A stretch of 23,648 nt of DNA from an uncultured Nitrospina sp. (GTDB lineage: Bacteria; Nitrospinota; Nitrospinia; Nitrospinales; VA-1), in assembly GCA_950072225.1 (NCBI GenBank), contig CATMOP010000002.1:1-23648 (forward strand), read 5' to 3'. A program made the translations under genes and the position numbers. Each line of letters opens with the position of its first letter. Position 1 is the first letter of the stretch. Below are positions 8,228 through 16,094 of this stretch, piece by piece. The notes under the pieces were generated by a model that did not search any database, was not told the origin of the DNA, and saw nothing but the letters and a program-made list of their open reading frames with translations.

Positions 8228-9997
8228 ATGAACAACGATCGAACACATGATTGCGGAACATTATCGGACAGCCACATTGGCGAAACGGTGACCTTGTGCG
8301 GATGGGTGCATACCCGGCGCGATCACGGGGGACTCATTTTCGTGGACTTGTGGGATAAGTATGGCATGACCCAGGTGGTGCTGAATCCTCAGATCGACCA
8401 ACTGGCGCACGAGCACGCCCAGTCCATTCGTGGAAATTTTGTCATCTCTGTCACTGGCAAGGTCCGCGCCCGACCGGATGACATGGTGAACACGAAACTG
8501 AAAACCGGAAAAATAGAAGTTTATGTAGATGAGTTGCATATTCTCAATCCATCGGAAACCCCTCCCATCTCACCTTGGGAGCCGCAGGACATCTCGGAAG
8601 CCCTGCGCTTGAAATACCGGTTTCTCGATCTTCGCGGGCCGGTTTTGCAACGCAACCTGAAAATTCGCTATGATATCTCGCGGGTGGCGAGAAACGAACT
8701 GCACCGGAACGGATTCATGGAGATAGAAACCCCAGTGTTGACCAAGAGTACCCCGGAAGGGGCACGGGATTATCTGGTGCCCAGTCGGCTCAACCCGCAA
8801 AAGTTTTATGCCCTGCCCCAGTCGCCACAGTTGTTCAAACAGATTCTCATGGTCTCGGGCATGGACCGGTATTTCCAGATCGTGAAATGCTTCCGCGATG
8901 AAGATTTACGCTTTGACCGGCAACCGGAATTCACCCAGATCGATATTGAAATGTCTTTCGGCAATGAGCAGCTTATCTTCCAGATAATCGAGGAAATGAT
9001 GGCCGGAATTTATCAGGAAGTCCTCGATGTTAAAATCGAAACTCCGTTCCCGATCCTGAAATATCAGGATGCCATCGACCGGTTCGGAACCGATAAACCG
9101 GATATGCGGTTCGACATGGAAATCGTTGATCTGGGAGAAATTGTCCGAGGCACATCGTTTAAAGTGTTCGCTCAGGTGCTGGAATCGGGTGGACAGGTTC
9201 GCGCCCTCAATGTCAAAAACAGTGCCGATACGTTATCCCGGAAAATACTGGACGATTTAACCGAAATTGCCAAAACATACGGCGCCAAGGGGATGGCCTG
9301 GATCAAGGTTCAGGAAAATGAATTGCAGTCACCCATCATCAAGTTCTTTGAGCAGGAAATGCTCGACCGCATGCTGAAGGCTTTAGGAAGCCAACCCGGT
9401 GACACAATAGTTTTTATTGCCGACACCCCCAAGATTGTGGCCGATGCTCTCGCCCATCTCCGTCTGGCTTTAGGTAAACAGTTGAACCTGATCGATGAAT
9501 CAAAAAACGTCTTCACCTGGGTCACGGAGTTCCCGCTGGTGGAATATGACGAGACGGAAAAAAGGTATACCGCCATGCACCACCCTTTCACAGCTCCGCG
9601 TGAAGAGGACCTTGATAAATTCGAGAGCGACCCTGGCTCCATTAAGGCTCGGGCTTATGATCTGGTGCTCAACGGCAACGAGATCGGCGGCGGTAGCATT
9701 CGTATCCATCAAAAAGAAGTGCAGGAAAAAATGTTTAAACTCCTCGGCATTAGCCAGGAAGAGGCCGAAACCAAATTCGGCTTCCTACTTGACGCCCTGA
9801 AGTATGGAGCCCCCCCGCATTGCGGAATCGCCCTGGGACTGGACCGAATCACCATGTTGCTTTCAGGTGCCGGATCAATCCGGGATGTGATTGCCTTCCC
9901 CAAAACCCAGAAAGCCACCTGCCTGATGACCCAGGCCCCCTCGAAAGTGGACCCAAAACAACTGCGAGAGCTGAGGCTTAAAGCTGATTTATCCTGA
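8228..9997 (+). CDS. aspS: Aspartate--tRNA ligase (bacterial type; discriminating status unknown)
   Basis: 589-aa ORF with an N-terminal OB anticodon-binding region (VTLCGWVHTRRDHGGLIFVDLWD). Class II motifs are present: FYALPQSPQLFKQ, FRDEDLRFDRQPEFTQIDIE and GIALGLDRITMLL. The length includes the bacterial insertion domain. Confidence 0.95.
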   Translation: MNNDRTHDCGTLSDSHIGETVTLCGWVHTRRDHGGLIFVDLWDKYGMTQVVLNPQIDQLAHEHAQSIRGNFVISVTGKVRARPDDMVNTKLKTGKIEVYVDELHILNPSETPPISPWEPQDISEALRLKYRFLDLRGPVLQRNLKIRYDISRVARNELHRNGFMEIETPVLTKSTPEGARDYLVPSRLNPQKFYALPQSPQLFKQILMVSGMDRYFQIVKCFRDEDLRFDRQPEFTQIDIEMSFGNEQLIFQIIEEMMAGIYQEVLDVKIETPFPILKYQDAIDRFGTDKPDMRFDMEIVDLGEIVRGTSFKVFAQVLESGGQVRALNVKNSADTLSRKILDDLTEIAKTYGAKGMAWIKVQENELQSPIIKFFEQEMLDRMLKALGSQPGDTIVFIADTPKIVADALAHLRLALGKQLNLIDESKNVFTWVTEFPLVEYDETEKRYTAMHHPFTAPREEDLDKFESDPGSIKARAYDLVLNGNEIGGGSIRIHQKEVQEKMFKLLGISQEEAETKFGFLLDALKYGAPPHCGIALGLDRITMLLSGAGSIRDVIAFPKTQKATCLMTQAPSKVDPKQLRELRLKADLS

Positions 9998-10230
9998 CCG
10001 CATTTGGCAGCATCTTTGACCCGATCTGCAGGTGAGTTTTATCCTGCATGAAATGCGTAATAGTGAAAAATCTGCCAAAGGACCGGAGGCCGATCTCCTT
10101 GTATCCATTAACTTTCATGAACTTGTCTCCATTGATGCTCCAATTCGGGTAAGCCACACAAATAAAAGCAAAACTTTTGTTTGAAAATGTAGGATTCTCC
10201 CGGAAGCTTCCGTTAGACTATTTAGCAGTA

Positions 10231-10326
10231 GAGAGGGTAAAGAGAGTAGCGCTTTTTACCTTCTCAAGGAGCACCTCCTCCTCGGAGTCCGGGAACAGAG
10301 CGTCCTCTGTTCCCGGATTTTTTTTT
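10231..10326 (+). ncRNA. Candidate structured small RNA or leader: 14-bp hairpin plus intrinsic terminator
   Basis: GAGAGGGTAAAGAG (10231-10244), loop AGTAGCG, CTTTTTACCTTCTC (10252-10265) form a 14-bp stem with two G-U pairs. An AAGGAG/CTCC-rich linker and the terminator at 10288-10326 follow. I found no promoter, so it may be the aspS 3' UTR. Confidence 0.3.
10288..10326 (+). terminator. Rho-independent terminator
   Basis: TCCGGGAACAGAG (10288-10300), loop CGTC, CTCTGTTCCCGGA (10305-10317), then nine T (10318-10326). It lies 290 nt after the aspS stop and 47 nt before the next start codon. Confidence 0.85.
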
Positions 10327-10373
10327 GCATTTCTTTATGTTACCCTTAGCCAAAACCAACTCCAAAACCAATC

Positions 10374-11201
10374 ATGACGCTGGAACAAAAAACAAAAAAA
10401 ATAAAATCATTGATCCTGGAAATGGATAGCGCGCTGGTCGCGTTTTCTGGCGGGGTGGACAGCACTCTGGTCCTCGCCCTTGCCCATGAGGTTCTGGGGA
10501 AAAAAGCGTTGGCGGTTACCGCGCAATCCGCCAGCATGCCAGACAGGGAAATGAAAGCCTGCCACCAATTGGCCAAGGAAATCGGGGTAAAACATCTAGT
10601 CGTCAAAACAGAGGAAATGTCTAATCCGAATTACCGGGCCAACCCGGCCAACCGATGCTACCACTGCAAAACAGAACTTTATTCGAGCCTCAAAAAGGTG
10701 GCACAGCAGGAAAATATTCTTAATATTTTAAATGGTACCAACACCGATGATCTGGGTGATTACCGGCCCGGACTCGACTCCGCCCGAGAACAAGGGGTGC
10801 GCAGTCCCCTGGTGGAAGCGGAATTCAACAAACAGGAGGTCCGGGAATTGTCCCGGAAAATGGAGCTTTCCGTCTGGGACAAGCCAGCGATGGCCTGCCT
10901 GTCTTCCCGCATTCCTTACGGCCAGCCGGTCACGCCGGAAAAACTTGCCATGATCGAGCAGTCCGAAGACCTCTTGCTCGCTTTAGGATTCACTCAGGTC
11001 CGCGTCCGCCATCTAGGAACCCTGGCCCGCATAGAACTCGACAAAAACGAAATTCCCCGTTACCAGAATGATAAATCCGTCCAGAAGGCTGTTGAGGAAA
11101 AATTAAAGGCTTTAGGATTTAACAATGTGGTGCTGGACCCGGAGGGATACCGAATGGGAAATTTAAATTCAGCCTTACTGGAATACAAAGACCGTGTTTA
11201 A
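10374..11201 (+). CDS. larE: LarE-family PP-loop ATP pyrophosphatase (TIGR00268-type, ATP-dependent sulfur transferase-like)
   Basis: 275-aa ORF with the PP-loop SGGVDS near the N-terminus, CYHCK, and the Cys-containing PAMACLSSRIPYG block characteristic of LarE-like proteins. There is no SD; the leader is CA-rich. Confidence 0.7.
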   Translation: MTLEQKTKKIKSLILEMDSALVAFSGGVDSTLVLALAHEVLGKKALAVTAQSASMPDREMKACHQLAKEIGVKHLVVKTEEMSNPNYRANPANRCYHCKTELYSSLKKVAQQENILNILNGTNTDDLGDYRPGLDSAREQGVRSPLVEAEFNKQEVRELSRKMELSVWDKPAMACLSSRIPYGQPVTPEKLAMIEQSEDLLLALGFTQVRVRHLGTLARIELDKNEIPRYQNDKSVQKAVEEKLKALGFNNVVLDPEGYRMGNLNSALLEYKDRV

Positions 11202-11427
11202 ATATCAACTGCGGCCGGAAATAAGAAAACAACTTAAAGACCCGGATGGATTTGAAAAAGGATTGACCGCTGTCTTTCTCGGACTCACCGTCACTATGGC
11301 AGGCGTGGCAATAATGCTGTTCCTCTACTTCAATAAACCGGAGGATGTCCTGCATCCCACCTGGATTCTGTTTCTCGGTTTCGCCATCGTCGGCTACGGC
11401 GAATACAAAAAATACCGTTGCAAATAA
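11194..11427 (+). CDS. Small two-transmembrane-helix protein, possibly translationally coupled to the LarE-family gene
   Basis: 77-aa ORF whose GTG start overlaps the upstream stop (GTGTTTAA). It has two hydrophobic stretches, LTAVFLGLTVTMAGVAIMLFLYF and WILFLGFAIVGYG. A GC hairpin GCGGCG-ATGG-CGCCGC (11428-11443) follows the stop. No family recognised. Confidence 0.45.
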   Translation: MFKYQLRPEIRKQLKDPDGFEKGLTAVFLGLTVTMAGVAIMLFLYFNKPEDVLHPTWILFLGFAIVGYGEYKKYRCK

Positions 11428-11453
11428 GCGGCGATGGCGCCGCAACCAGTGAG

Positions 11454-11608
11454 CAATAGCTTTATCTGAACAATAAAGGTTTATCTCGGTTGAAAAAGCA
11501 ATTACACGCTGGCCCCGTGATATTCCACCTTTGCCTTCATGCCCCAGTTATATCCTCTTCATTAACTTTCATGCCCCGAATGGGGTAGAAGGGGTACACG
11601 CCTAGTGG
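11454..11608 (-). repeat. Composite intergenic repeat: family-1 unit (plus orientation) followed by two family-2 units (minus orientation); left arm of an inverted repeat
   Basis: 11454-11504 (CAATAGCTTTATCTGAACAATAAAGGTTTATCTCGGTTGA...) parallels 6607-6650. 11505-11545 and 11588-11608 are the exact reverse complements of 14170-14210 and 14149-14169. 11546-11587 is a diverged extra unit with the hairpin CCCCGAATGGGG. Confidence 0.85.
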
Positions 11609-11613
11609 GATTG

Positions 11614-11964
11614 CTAGTCGCCACTGGCTGCTGGCCGGACGATGACCACTCCGCGCATGACGGCCTGGTGCAGTTCGCAAAAATAATCGTAGAAGCCTTC
11701 TTTGTCCAGGGTCACTTCAAACTCCTTTTTTACGTAAGCGGCGTGGAACTTCTTATCGGGATCAGGAGCCTTTCCGCTCGTTACCGTGTGCAGAAGTTCT
11801 TCCGTATTGACCCAGCGGATGGTATCGCCTTTCTTGATTTTTATAACCGTGGGAATAAAAGTCGACTTGATGATTTTTACTTCCACCGTTTCCGACCAGC
11901 CTTCTTGCGAACCCAAAAAGAAAAACAAAAGAACTCCGGTCAGGAACAATACGTTTTTGACCAT
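11614..11964 (-). CDS. Secreted cupredoxin (type-1 copper, plastocyanin/amicyanin-like)
   Basis: I use the ATG at 11964 (GAAAGGAA SD upstream) rather than the track start at 12006. MVKNVLFLTGVLLFFFLGSQEGWS is a signal peptide. F.P..I.IKKGDTIRWVN.....HTVTS and YDYFCELHQAVMRG supply the His, Cys, His and Met copper ligands. Confidence 0.8.
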   Translation of the reverse strand: MVKNVLFLTGVLLFFFLGSQEGWSETVEVKIIKSTFIPTVIKIKKGDTIRWVNTEELLHTVTSGKAPDPDKKFHAAYVKKEFEVTLDKEGFYDYFCELHQAVMRGVVIVRPAASGD

Positions 11965-12171
11965 TACGGATTTCCTTTCTCTATATCCTGCGGATTGATG
12001 GCACAACGAAACCCCAGGTTGTGGTGTTTCAGGGTGGGTGGATACCAGTAGCGCGAAGCGGACCGGAGAAAAAAAGCTTCATCCTCAAAGGAGCCACCGC
12101 GAAGGACGACAAACTGTCCGGAAGGCGGGCCCAATGGGCCATTTCAATCTGGCCCTATGGCGAGTAGTTGC

Positions 12172-13035
12172 TCATTTGGCCCCACGCCTAGTGGAGTTTT
12201 TGTTGAGGGCGATTTTGCCCAACTCGCGGGAACGCAGGGTGGCATCTTCCACAGCATTCATCAGGGTGGTGTGAAAACTCCCTTCTTCCAGGGCATGCAG
12301 TCCGGAGATGGTGGTGCCGGCAGGGGAGGTGACCATGTCTTTGAGTTCGCCGGGATGTTTGCCGCTCTCTCTGGCAAGTTTGGCGGAACCCAGCACCGTC
12401 TGGATGGTCAGGGTATTGGCCACTTCGCGTGAAAGACCCATTTTGACTCCGGCATCAGAGAGTGCTTCGATCAGCATAAAGATATAAGCTGGCCCACTGC
12501 CACTCAAACCCGTCACGGCATCGAGTTGGTCCTCTTCAACATCGACGGTGCGGCCTACCGCTTCAAAAATACGGTGGGCGATTTTCACATCCGTTTTGCT
12601 GACATGTTGGCCGGAAGCGATGGCTGTCACCCCTTCCTGAACCAACGCCGGGGTATTGGGCATGGTGCGCACAATACTGAACTTCTTATTTTTGTCTCCA
12701 CGCAGAGCATCATCTATGATGGCAATGGGAACTCCCGCAGCAATGGATATAACCAGCTTGTCACTATCCACCAACGAACGTATGTCAACCAGAACCTCTT
12801 GCAAAATCTGCGGTTTGACCGCGAGAATGAGGATGTCGCATTTCTTCACCAGTTCACGGTTGTCGGCACTGACCTTGATTTTGTACTCTGCATGCAGGGC
12901 ATCCCGTTTCGCTTCTGACGGTTCCGAAACAAAAACATTTTTCGCTTCAATGAACGAAGCGGAAAGCAGGCCTTTTATCATGGCTTCGGCCATGTTGCCA
13001 CCGCCAATGAATCCAATTTTTTTATTTTTCAGCAC
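12172..13035 (-). CDS. proC: Pyrroline-5-carboxylate reductase
   Basis: 287-aa ORF with a GTG start and AGGAG SD. It has the Rossmann motif KIGFIGGGNMAEAMIKGL, then RTMPNTPALV, and SGSGPAYIF..IEALSDAGV typical of ProC. Confidence 0.92.
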   Translation of the reverse strand: MLKNKKIGFIGGGNMAEAMIKGLLSASFIEAKNVFVSEPSEAKRDALHAEYKIKVSADNRELVKKCDILILAVKPQILQEVLVDIRSLVDSDKLVISIAAGVPIAIIDDALRGDKNKKFSIVRTMPNTPALVQEGVTAIASGQHVSKTDVKIAHRIFEAVGRTVDVEEDQLDAVTGLSGSGPAYIFMLIEALSDAGVKMGLSREVANTLTIQTVLGSAKLARESGKHPGELKDMVTSPAGTTISGLHALEEGSFHTTLMNAVEDATLRSRELGKIALNKNSTRRGAK

Positions 13036-13055
13036 AACGATGATCTCCTCTTAAA

Positions 13056-13751
13056 TTACTTCCGATCTATGGCCCGGCGGGGGCCAAAAATAGCAGTGCC
13101 AACACGAACCAGCGTAGCGCCCTCTTCTACCGCAACCTCAAAATCGTTGGTCATGCCCATGGAAAGTTCGTACAGAGAAATCCGGTTCTGTTTTTCGCAT
13201 TGGTCGCGAAGTTCCCGCAATCGTGAAAAATGCCTGCGGGAATTTTCCGAATCGGGATGGTAAGGCGGAATGGTCATCAGCCCCTCAACCCGAATTCCTT
13301 TCAACCGGGAAAAAGCCAGCATCTGATTTACCAGTTCACCCGGTTCCATTCCAAACTTTGCGGTTTCGCCCGAAACATTGATCTGCAATAAAACCGACTG
13401 CACCCGGTTTTCTGACTGGCATTGGTTGGCAATTTTCTCCGCCAGTTCCAAACTATCCACTGAATGAATCAAGTCGAAGCGTTCATCGAGAAACTTGACC
13501 TTGTTCTTTTGCAAGTGACCGATGAAATGCCAGGAAATTCCTTCCGATCTCATTTGATCTATCTTGGGAACCGCATCCTGGATTTTATTCTCCCCGAATA
13601 TCACGGCACCTGCTGTCCGGGCTTCTTCAATGTGGGCAATGTCCACCTGTTTGGAAACAACAACCAGGCGGACGCTGTCTGGATCTCTTCCCGACTTTTT
13701 GGTGGCTTGGGAAATCCGTTCCCGGACTTCAGCGAGATTTTCAGCAATCAA
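13056..13751 (-). CDS. yggS: YggS-family pyridoxal-phosphate homeostasis protein
   Basis: 231-aa ORF with a TTG start. It has VVVSK (PLP lysine), FGENKIQD, WHFIGHLQKNKVK and MGMTNDFEVAVEEGATLVRVGTAIFG. Its stop lies within the proC SD region. Confidence 0.9.
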   Translation of the reverse strand: MIAENLAEVRERISQATKKSGRDPDSVRLVVVSKQVDIAHIEEARTAGAVIFGENKIQDAVPKIDQMRSEGISWHFIGHLQKNKVKFLDERFDLIHSVDSLELAEKIANQCQSENRVQSVLLQINVSGETAKFGMEPGELVNQMLAFSRLKGIRVEGLMTIPPYHPDSENSRRHFSRLRELRDQCEKQNRISLYELSMGMTNDFEVAVEEGATLVRVGTAIFGPRRAIDRK

Positions 13752-13765
13752 CGGAAGGGTTCCAA

Positions 13766-14104
13766 TTAATAGAGGGCCTGTTTGCCCCGCTCCCCGGTAC
13801 GGACCCGGACTGCCTCTTCAACCGGCAGGACAAAAATCTTTCCATCGCTCAAGTTGCCGGTCTGCACCGTCTTCACGATCATATCCAGCACTTCATCCAC
13901 TGCTTCGGCTTCCAGAACCACGGAAATTTCCACGCAGGGATGGAATTGCGGAACTTTCAAGTCGGGGTCAGATTTCAAATGGCTCATCGGTTTGCCAATG
14001 CCTTTGACATCGACCACCGATATTCCGGGCACTCCTAGTTCAAAAAGCTTTTCCCGAACCACTTCCAACTTTTCATACTGAATGTAGCATTTGATCATTT
14101 TCAT
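13766..14104 (-). CDS. P-II (GlnB/GlnK) superfamily signal protein with atypical T-loop
   Basis: Starting at the ATG at 14104 gives exactly 112 aa, the canonical P-II length. The track start at 14176 adds 24 codons that read through the repeat. MKMIKCYIQYEKLEVVREKLFELGVPGISVVDVKG and TGNLSDGKIFVLPVEEAVRVRTGERG match the P-II core and B-loop. The T-loop (GIGKPMSHLKSDPDLKVPQFHPC) has no Tyr. Confidence 0.8.
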   Translation of the reverse strand: MKMIKCYIQYEKLEVVREKLFELGVPGISVVDVKGIGKPMSHLKSDPDLKVPQFHPCVEISVVLEAEAVDEVLDMIVKTVQTGNLSDGKIFVLPVEEAVRVRTGERGKQALY

Positions 14105-14148
14105 GGCGTGGAACCAATTTAGGCCAAATCTATAACATTTGCAAGCGG

Positions 14149-14308
14149 CCACTAGGCGTGTACCCCTTCGGGGCATGAAGGCAAAGGTGGAATATCACGG
14201 GGCCAGCGTGCAATAAATTTTTACCCCTTCGGGGCACGAAAGCTAAGGTTAAATATCACGCCCGCGAGCAGAAAGTTGACTCGGCTCAACGAGCCGTTGC
14301 TATCTGCC
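14149..14308 (+). repeat. Composite intergenic repeat: two family-2 units then a family-1 core; right arm of the inverted repeat
   Basis: Unit a is 14161-14210, TACCCCTTCGGGGCATGAAGGCAAAGGTGGAATATCACGGGGCCAGCGTG. Unit b is 14222-14271, TACCCCTTCGGGGCACGAAAGCTAAGGTTAAATATCACGCCCGCGAGCAG. Then comes GTTGACTCGGCTCAACGAGCCGTTGCTATCTGCC (14275-14308). Each family-2 unit carries the hairpin CCCCTTCGGGG. Confidence 0.85.
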
Positions 14309-14350
14309 AGCGAAGGTTCTCCGCAGAATTTTTATAAAGGAAAATTGTTG

Positions 14351-14827
14351 ATGTCAGGGTTTACGTTTTCTGCAGAGCAAGAAAAAGAGATTGAAAACAT
14401 TTTCGCTAAATATCCATTTAAAAAGTCGGCGATGCTGCCTTTGCTGACTCTGGTTCAGCGGGCCGAGAGAAGGGTCTCGCCGGAGGCTATGGTGGCGATC
14501 AGTAAAAAAATGGATTGCTCTCCGGCTTATGTGCAGTCGGTCATGTCTTTTTATACGATGTACCACGCGGAAAAGGTGGGGAAGTATATGATCCTGTTCT
14601 GCATCAACATCAGTTGCCAGTTGAACGGTTGTGACAAACTGCTTGAGTACACGGCTAAAAAACTTGGAATCAAGGTGGGAGAAACGACACCGGACGAAAA
14701 GTTCACCCTGCATCGGGAAGAATGCCTGGCGCTCTGCACCGAAGCGCCGATGATGCGGATCAACGACACTTATTATGGGGATTTGACCGAGCAGCGCATC
14801 GGCCAGATTCTCGATTCTTTGGATTGA
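14351..14827 (+). CDS. nuoE: NADH-quinone oxidoreductase subunit E (2Fe-2S)
   Basis: ATG at 14351 with AAGGAA 9 nt upstream; the track TTG start at 14276 reads through the repeat. YPFKKSAMLPLLTLVQ and the Cys pattern C..ISC...GC ... C.ALC are typical of NuoE. Confidence 0.9.
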   Translation: MSGFTFSAEQEKEIENIFAKYPFKKSAMLPLLTLVQRAERRVSPEAMVAISKKMDCSPAYVQSVMSFYTMYHAEKVGKYMILFCINISCQLNGCDKLLEYTAKKLGIKVGETTPDEKFTLHREECLALCTEAPMMRINDTYYGDLTEQRIGQILDSLD

Positions 14828-14830
14828 CCG

Positions 14831-16087
14831 ATGACGCAGATTCTTTTCAAAAATATAAATATGAAAGACCTTCACACCATGAAGGTCTATGAAGAACAAG
14901 GCGGTTATCGGTCCCTGAAGAAAGCCTTTGCCCAGAAACCGGAAGAAATTGTCGAGGCCGTCAAGGCTTCCGGCTTGCGGGGGCGTGGTGGCGCTGGTTT
15001 CCCGACGGGATTAAAATGGAGCTTCCTTGCCAAGGATGTGTTTCCCCGTTACCTCTGTTGCAACGCCGATGAGTCGGAACCGGGAACCTGTAAAGACCGG
15101 GAGCTCATGCTTAAAAATCCGCATATGTTGATTGAGGGGATGATCCTTTGCGCTTACGCCTGCCGGATCGAAACCGGATACATTTATTTGCGTGGCGAAT
15201 TCCATGATTTGAACTTCATTATGGAAAAAGCCCTGGAAGACGCTTACGCCAAAGGCTATTTGGGTAAAAATATTTTAGGAAGCGGATTCAATTTGGATAT
15301 TTATACTCATCTTGGCGCGGGGGCATATATCTGTGGTGAGGAGTCGGCTCTGCTCAATTCCCTGGAAGGCGAACGGGGTGAACCGAGAATGAAACCTCCT
15401 TTCCCTGCCGTAGAAGGTTTGTATGCTAAACCCACGGTCGTTAATAATGTCGAAACCCTGTGCGTGGTTCCTTATATAGTCAATGAAGGCGCCGAAAAAT
15501 ATGCCTCACTGGGAACCGAAAAGAGCAAGGGAACCAAACTGGTCAGTGTTTCCGGACATGTAAAAAAACCGGGGAACTATGAAGTGGTGTTGGGCACCCC
15601 GATCCGGGAAATTATTTATGATCTGGCTGGGGGAATCCGTGATGGCAACAAGCTGAAAGCATTTATACCTGGCGGCTCATCGGTTCCCATGCTTCCTGCG
15701 GATCAAGTGGATGTCTCTTACGATTATGAATCATTGGCGGCCGCAGGGACCATGCTGGGTTCAGGTGCTATGATCGTCATTGATGATAGCGTCAATATTG
15801 TTGAGACCACCTTGCGGCTGATCAGTTTTTATATGCATGAGTCCTGCGGAAAATGTACACCCTGCCGGGAAGGTACCCGATGGCTCTACCAGATCGTTGA
15901 AAAGATCATGCAGAACAAAGGACAACTGGATTACATCGAAAAGATGGAAGATATTTGCGACAACATGAACATGAAAGCGTTTTGTCCGCTTGCCGATGCC
16001 TGTGTATCTCCCGTTGTGAGCAGTATCAAGTATTTTCGCTCTGATTATGAAGAATATTTTAAGAACGTACCGGTAGGTTCGGTTTGA
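14831..16087 (+). CDS. nuoF: NADH-quinone oxidoreductase subunit F (FMN/NADH-binding, 4Fe-4S)
   Basis: 418-aa ORF with GLRGRGGAGFPTGLKWSF, CNADESEPGTCKDR, YICGEESALL and ESCGKCTPCREG. Confidence 0.97.
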   Translation: MTQILFKNINMKDLHTMKVYEEQGGYRSLKKAFAQKPEEIVEAVKASGLRGRGGAGFPTGLKWSFLAKDVFPRYLCCNADESEPGTCKDRELMLKNPHMLIEGMILCAYACRIETGYIYLRGEFHDLNFIMEKALEDAYAKGYLGKNILGSGFNLDIYTHLGAGAYICGEESALLNSLEGERGEPRMKPPFPAVEGLYAKPTVVNNVETLCVVPYIVNEGAEKYASLGTEKSKGTKLVSVSGHVKKPGNYEVVLGTPIREIIYDLAGGIRDGNKLKAFIPGGSSVPMLPADQVDVSYDYESLAAAGTMLGSGAMIVIDDSVNIVETTLRLISFYMHESCGKCTPCREGTRWLYQIVEKIMQNKGQLDYIEKMEDICDNMNMKAFCPLADACVSPVVSSIKYFRSDYEEYFKNVPVGSV

Positions 16088-16094
16088 GGCAACT

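Noticed and set aside
9978-10118. 47-aa minus-strand ORF (MKVNGYKEIGLRSF...) starting in a repeat fragment and overlapping the aspS 3' end
   Set aside because: It has no SD and no recognisable family, and it is below typical gene size. Its start codon is part of the repeat module ATGAAAGTTAATG, which also occurs at 11561-11573 where the frame stops after 11 codons.
10177-10377. 66-aa plus-strand ORF in the aspS-larE gap
   Set aside because: It has a TTG start without an SD, reads through the 14-bp hairpin and the intrinsic terminator with its T9 run, and has low-complexity composition.
11605-13054. Plus-strand ORFs 11605..12051, 12038..12274, 12157..12432, 12526..12918 and 12656..13054
   Set aside because: They are antisense shadows of the cupredoxin and proC genes, which have clear family motifs. 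None has its own motifs or ribosome-binding site.
14175-14216. Mini-ORF MKAKVEYHGASVQ inside family-2 repeat units; units a and b differ mostly at third-codon positions over 8 codons
   Set aside because: The sample is only five differences. The second unit has ACG instead of ATG, and the third unit (11546-11587) has an indel that breaks the frame. It is more likely a noncoding repeat or an old gene remnant than a translated peptide.
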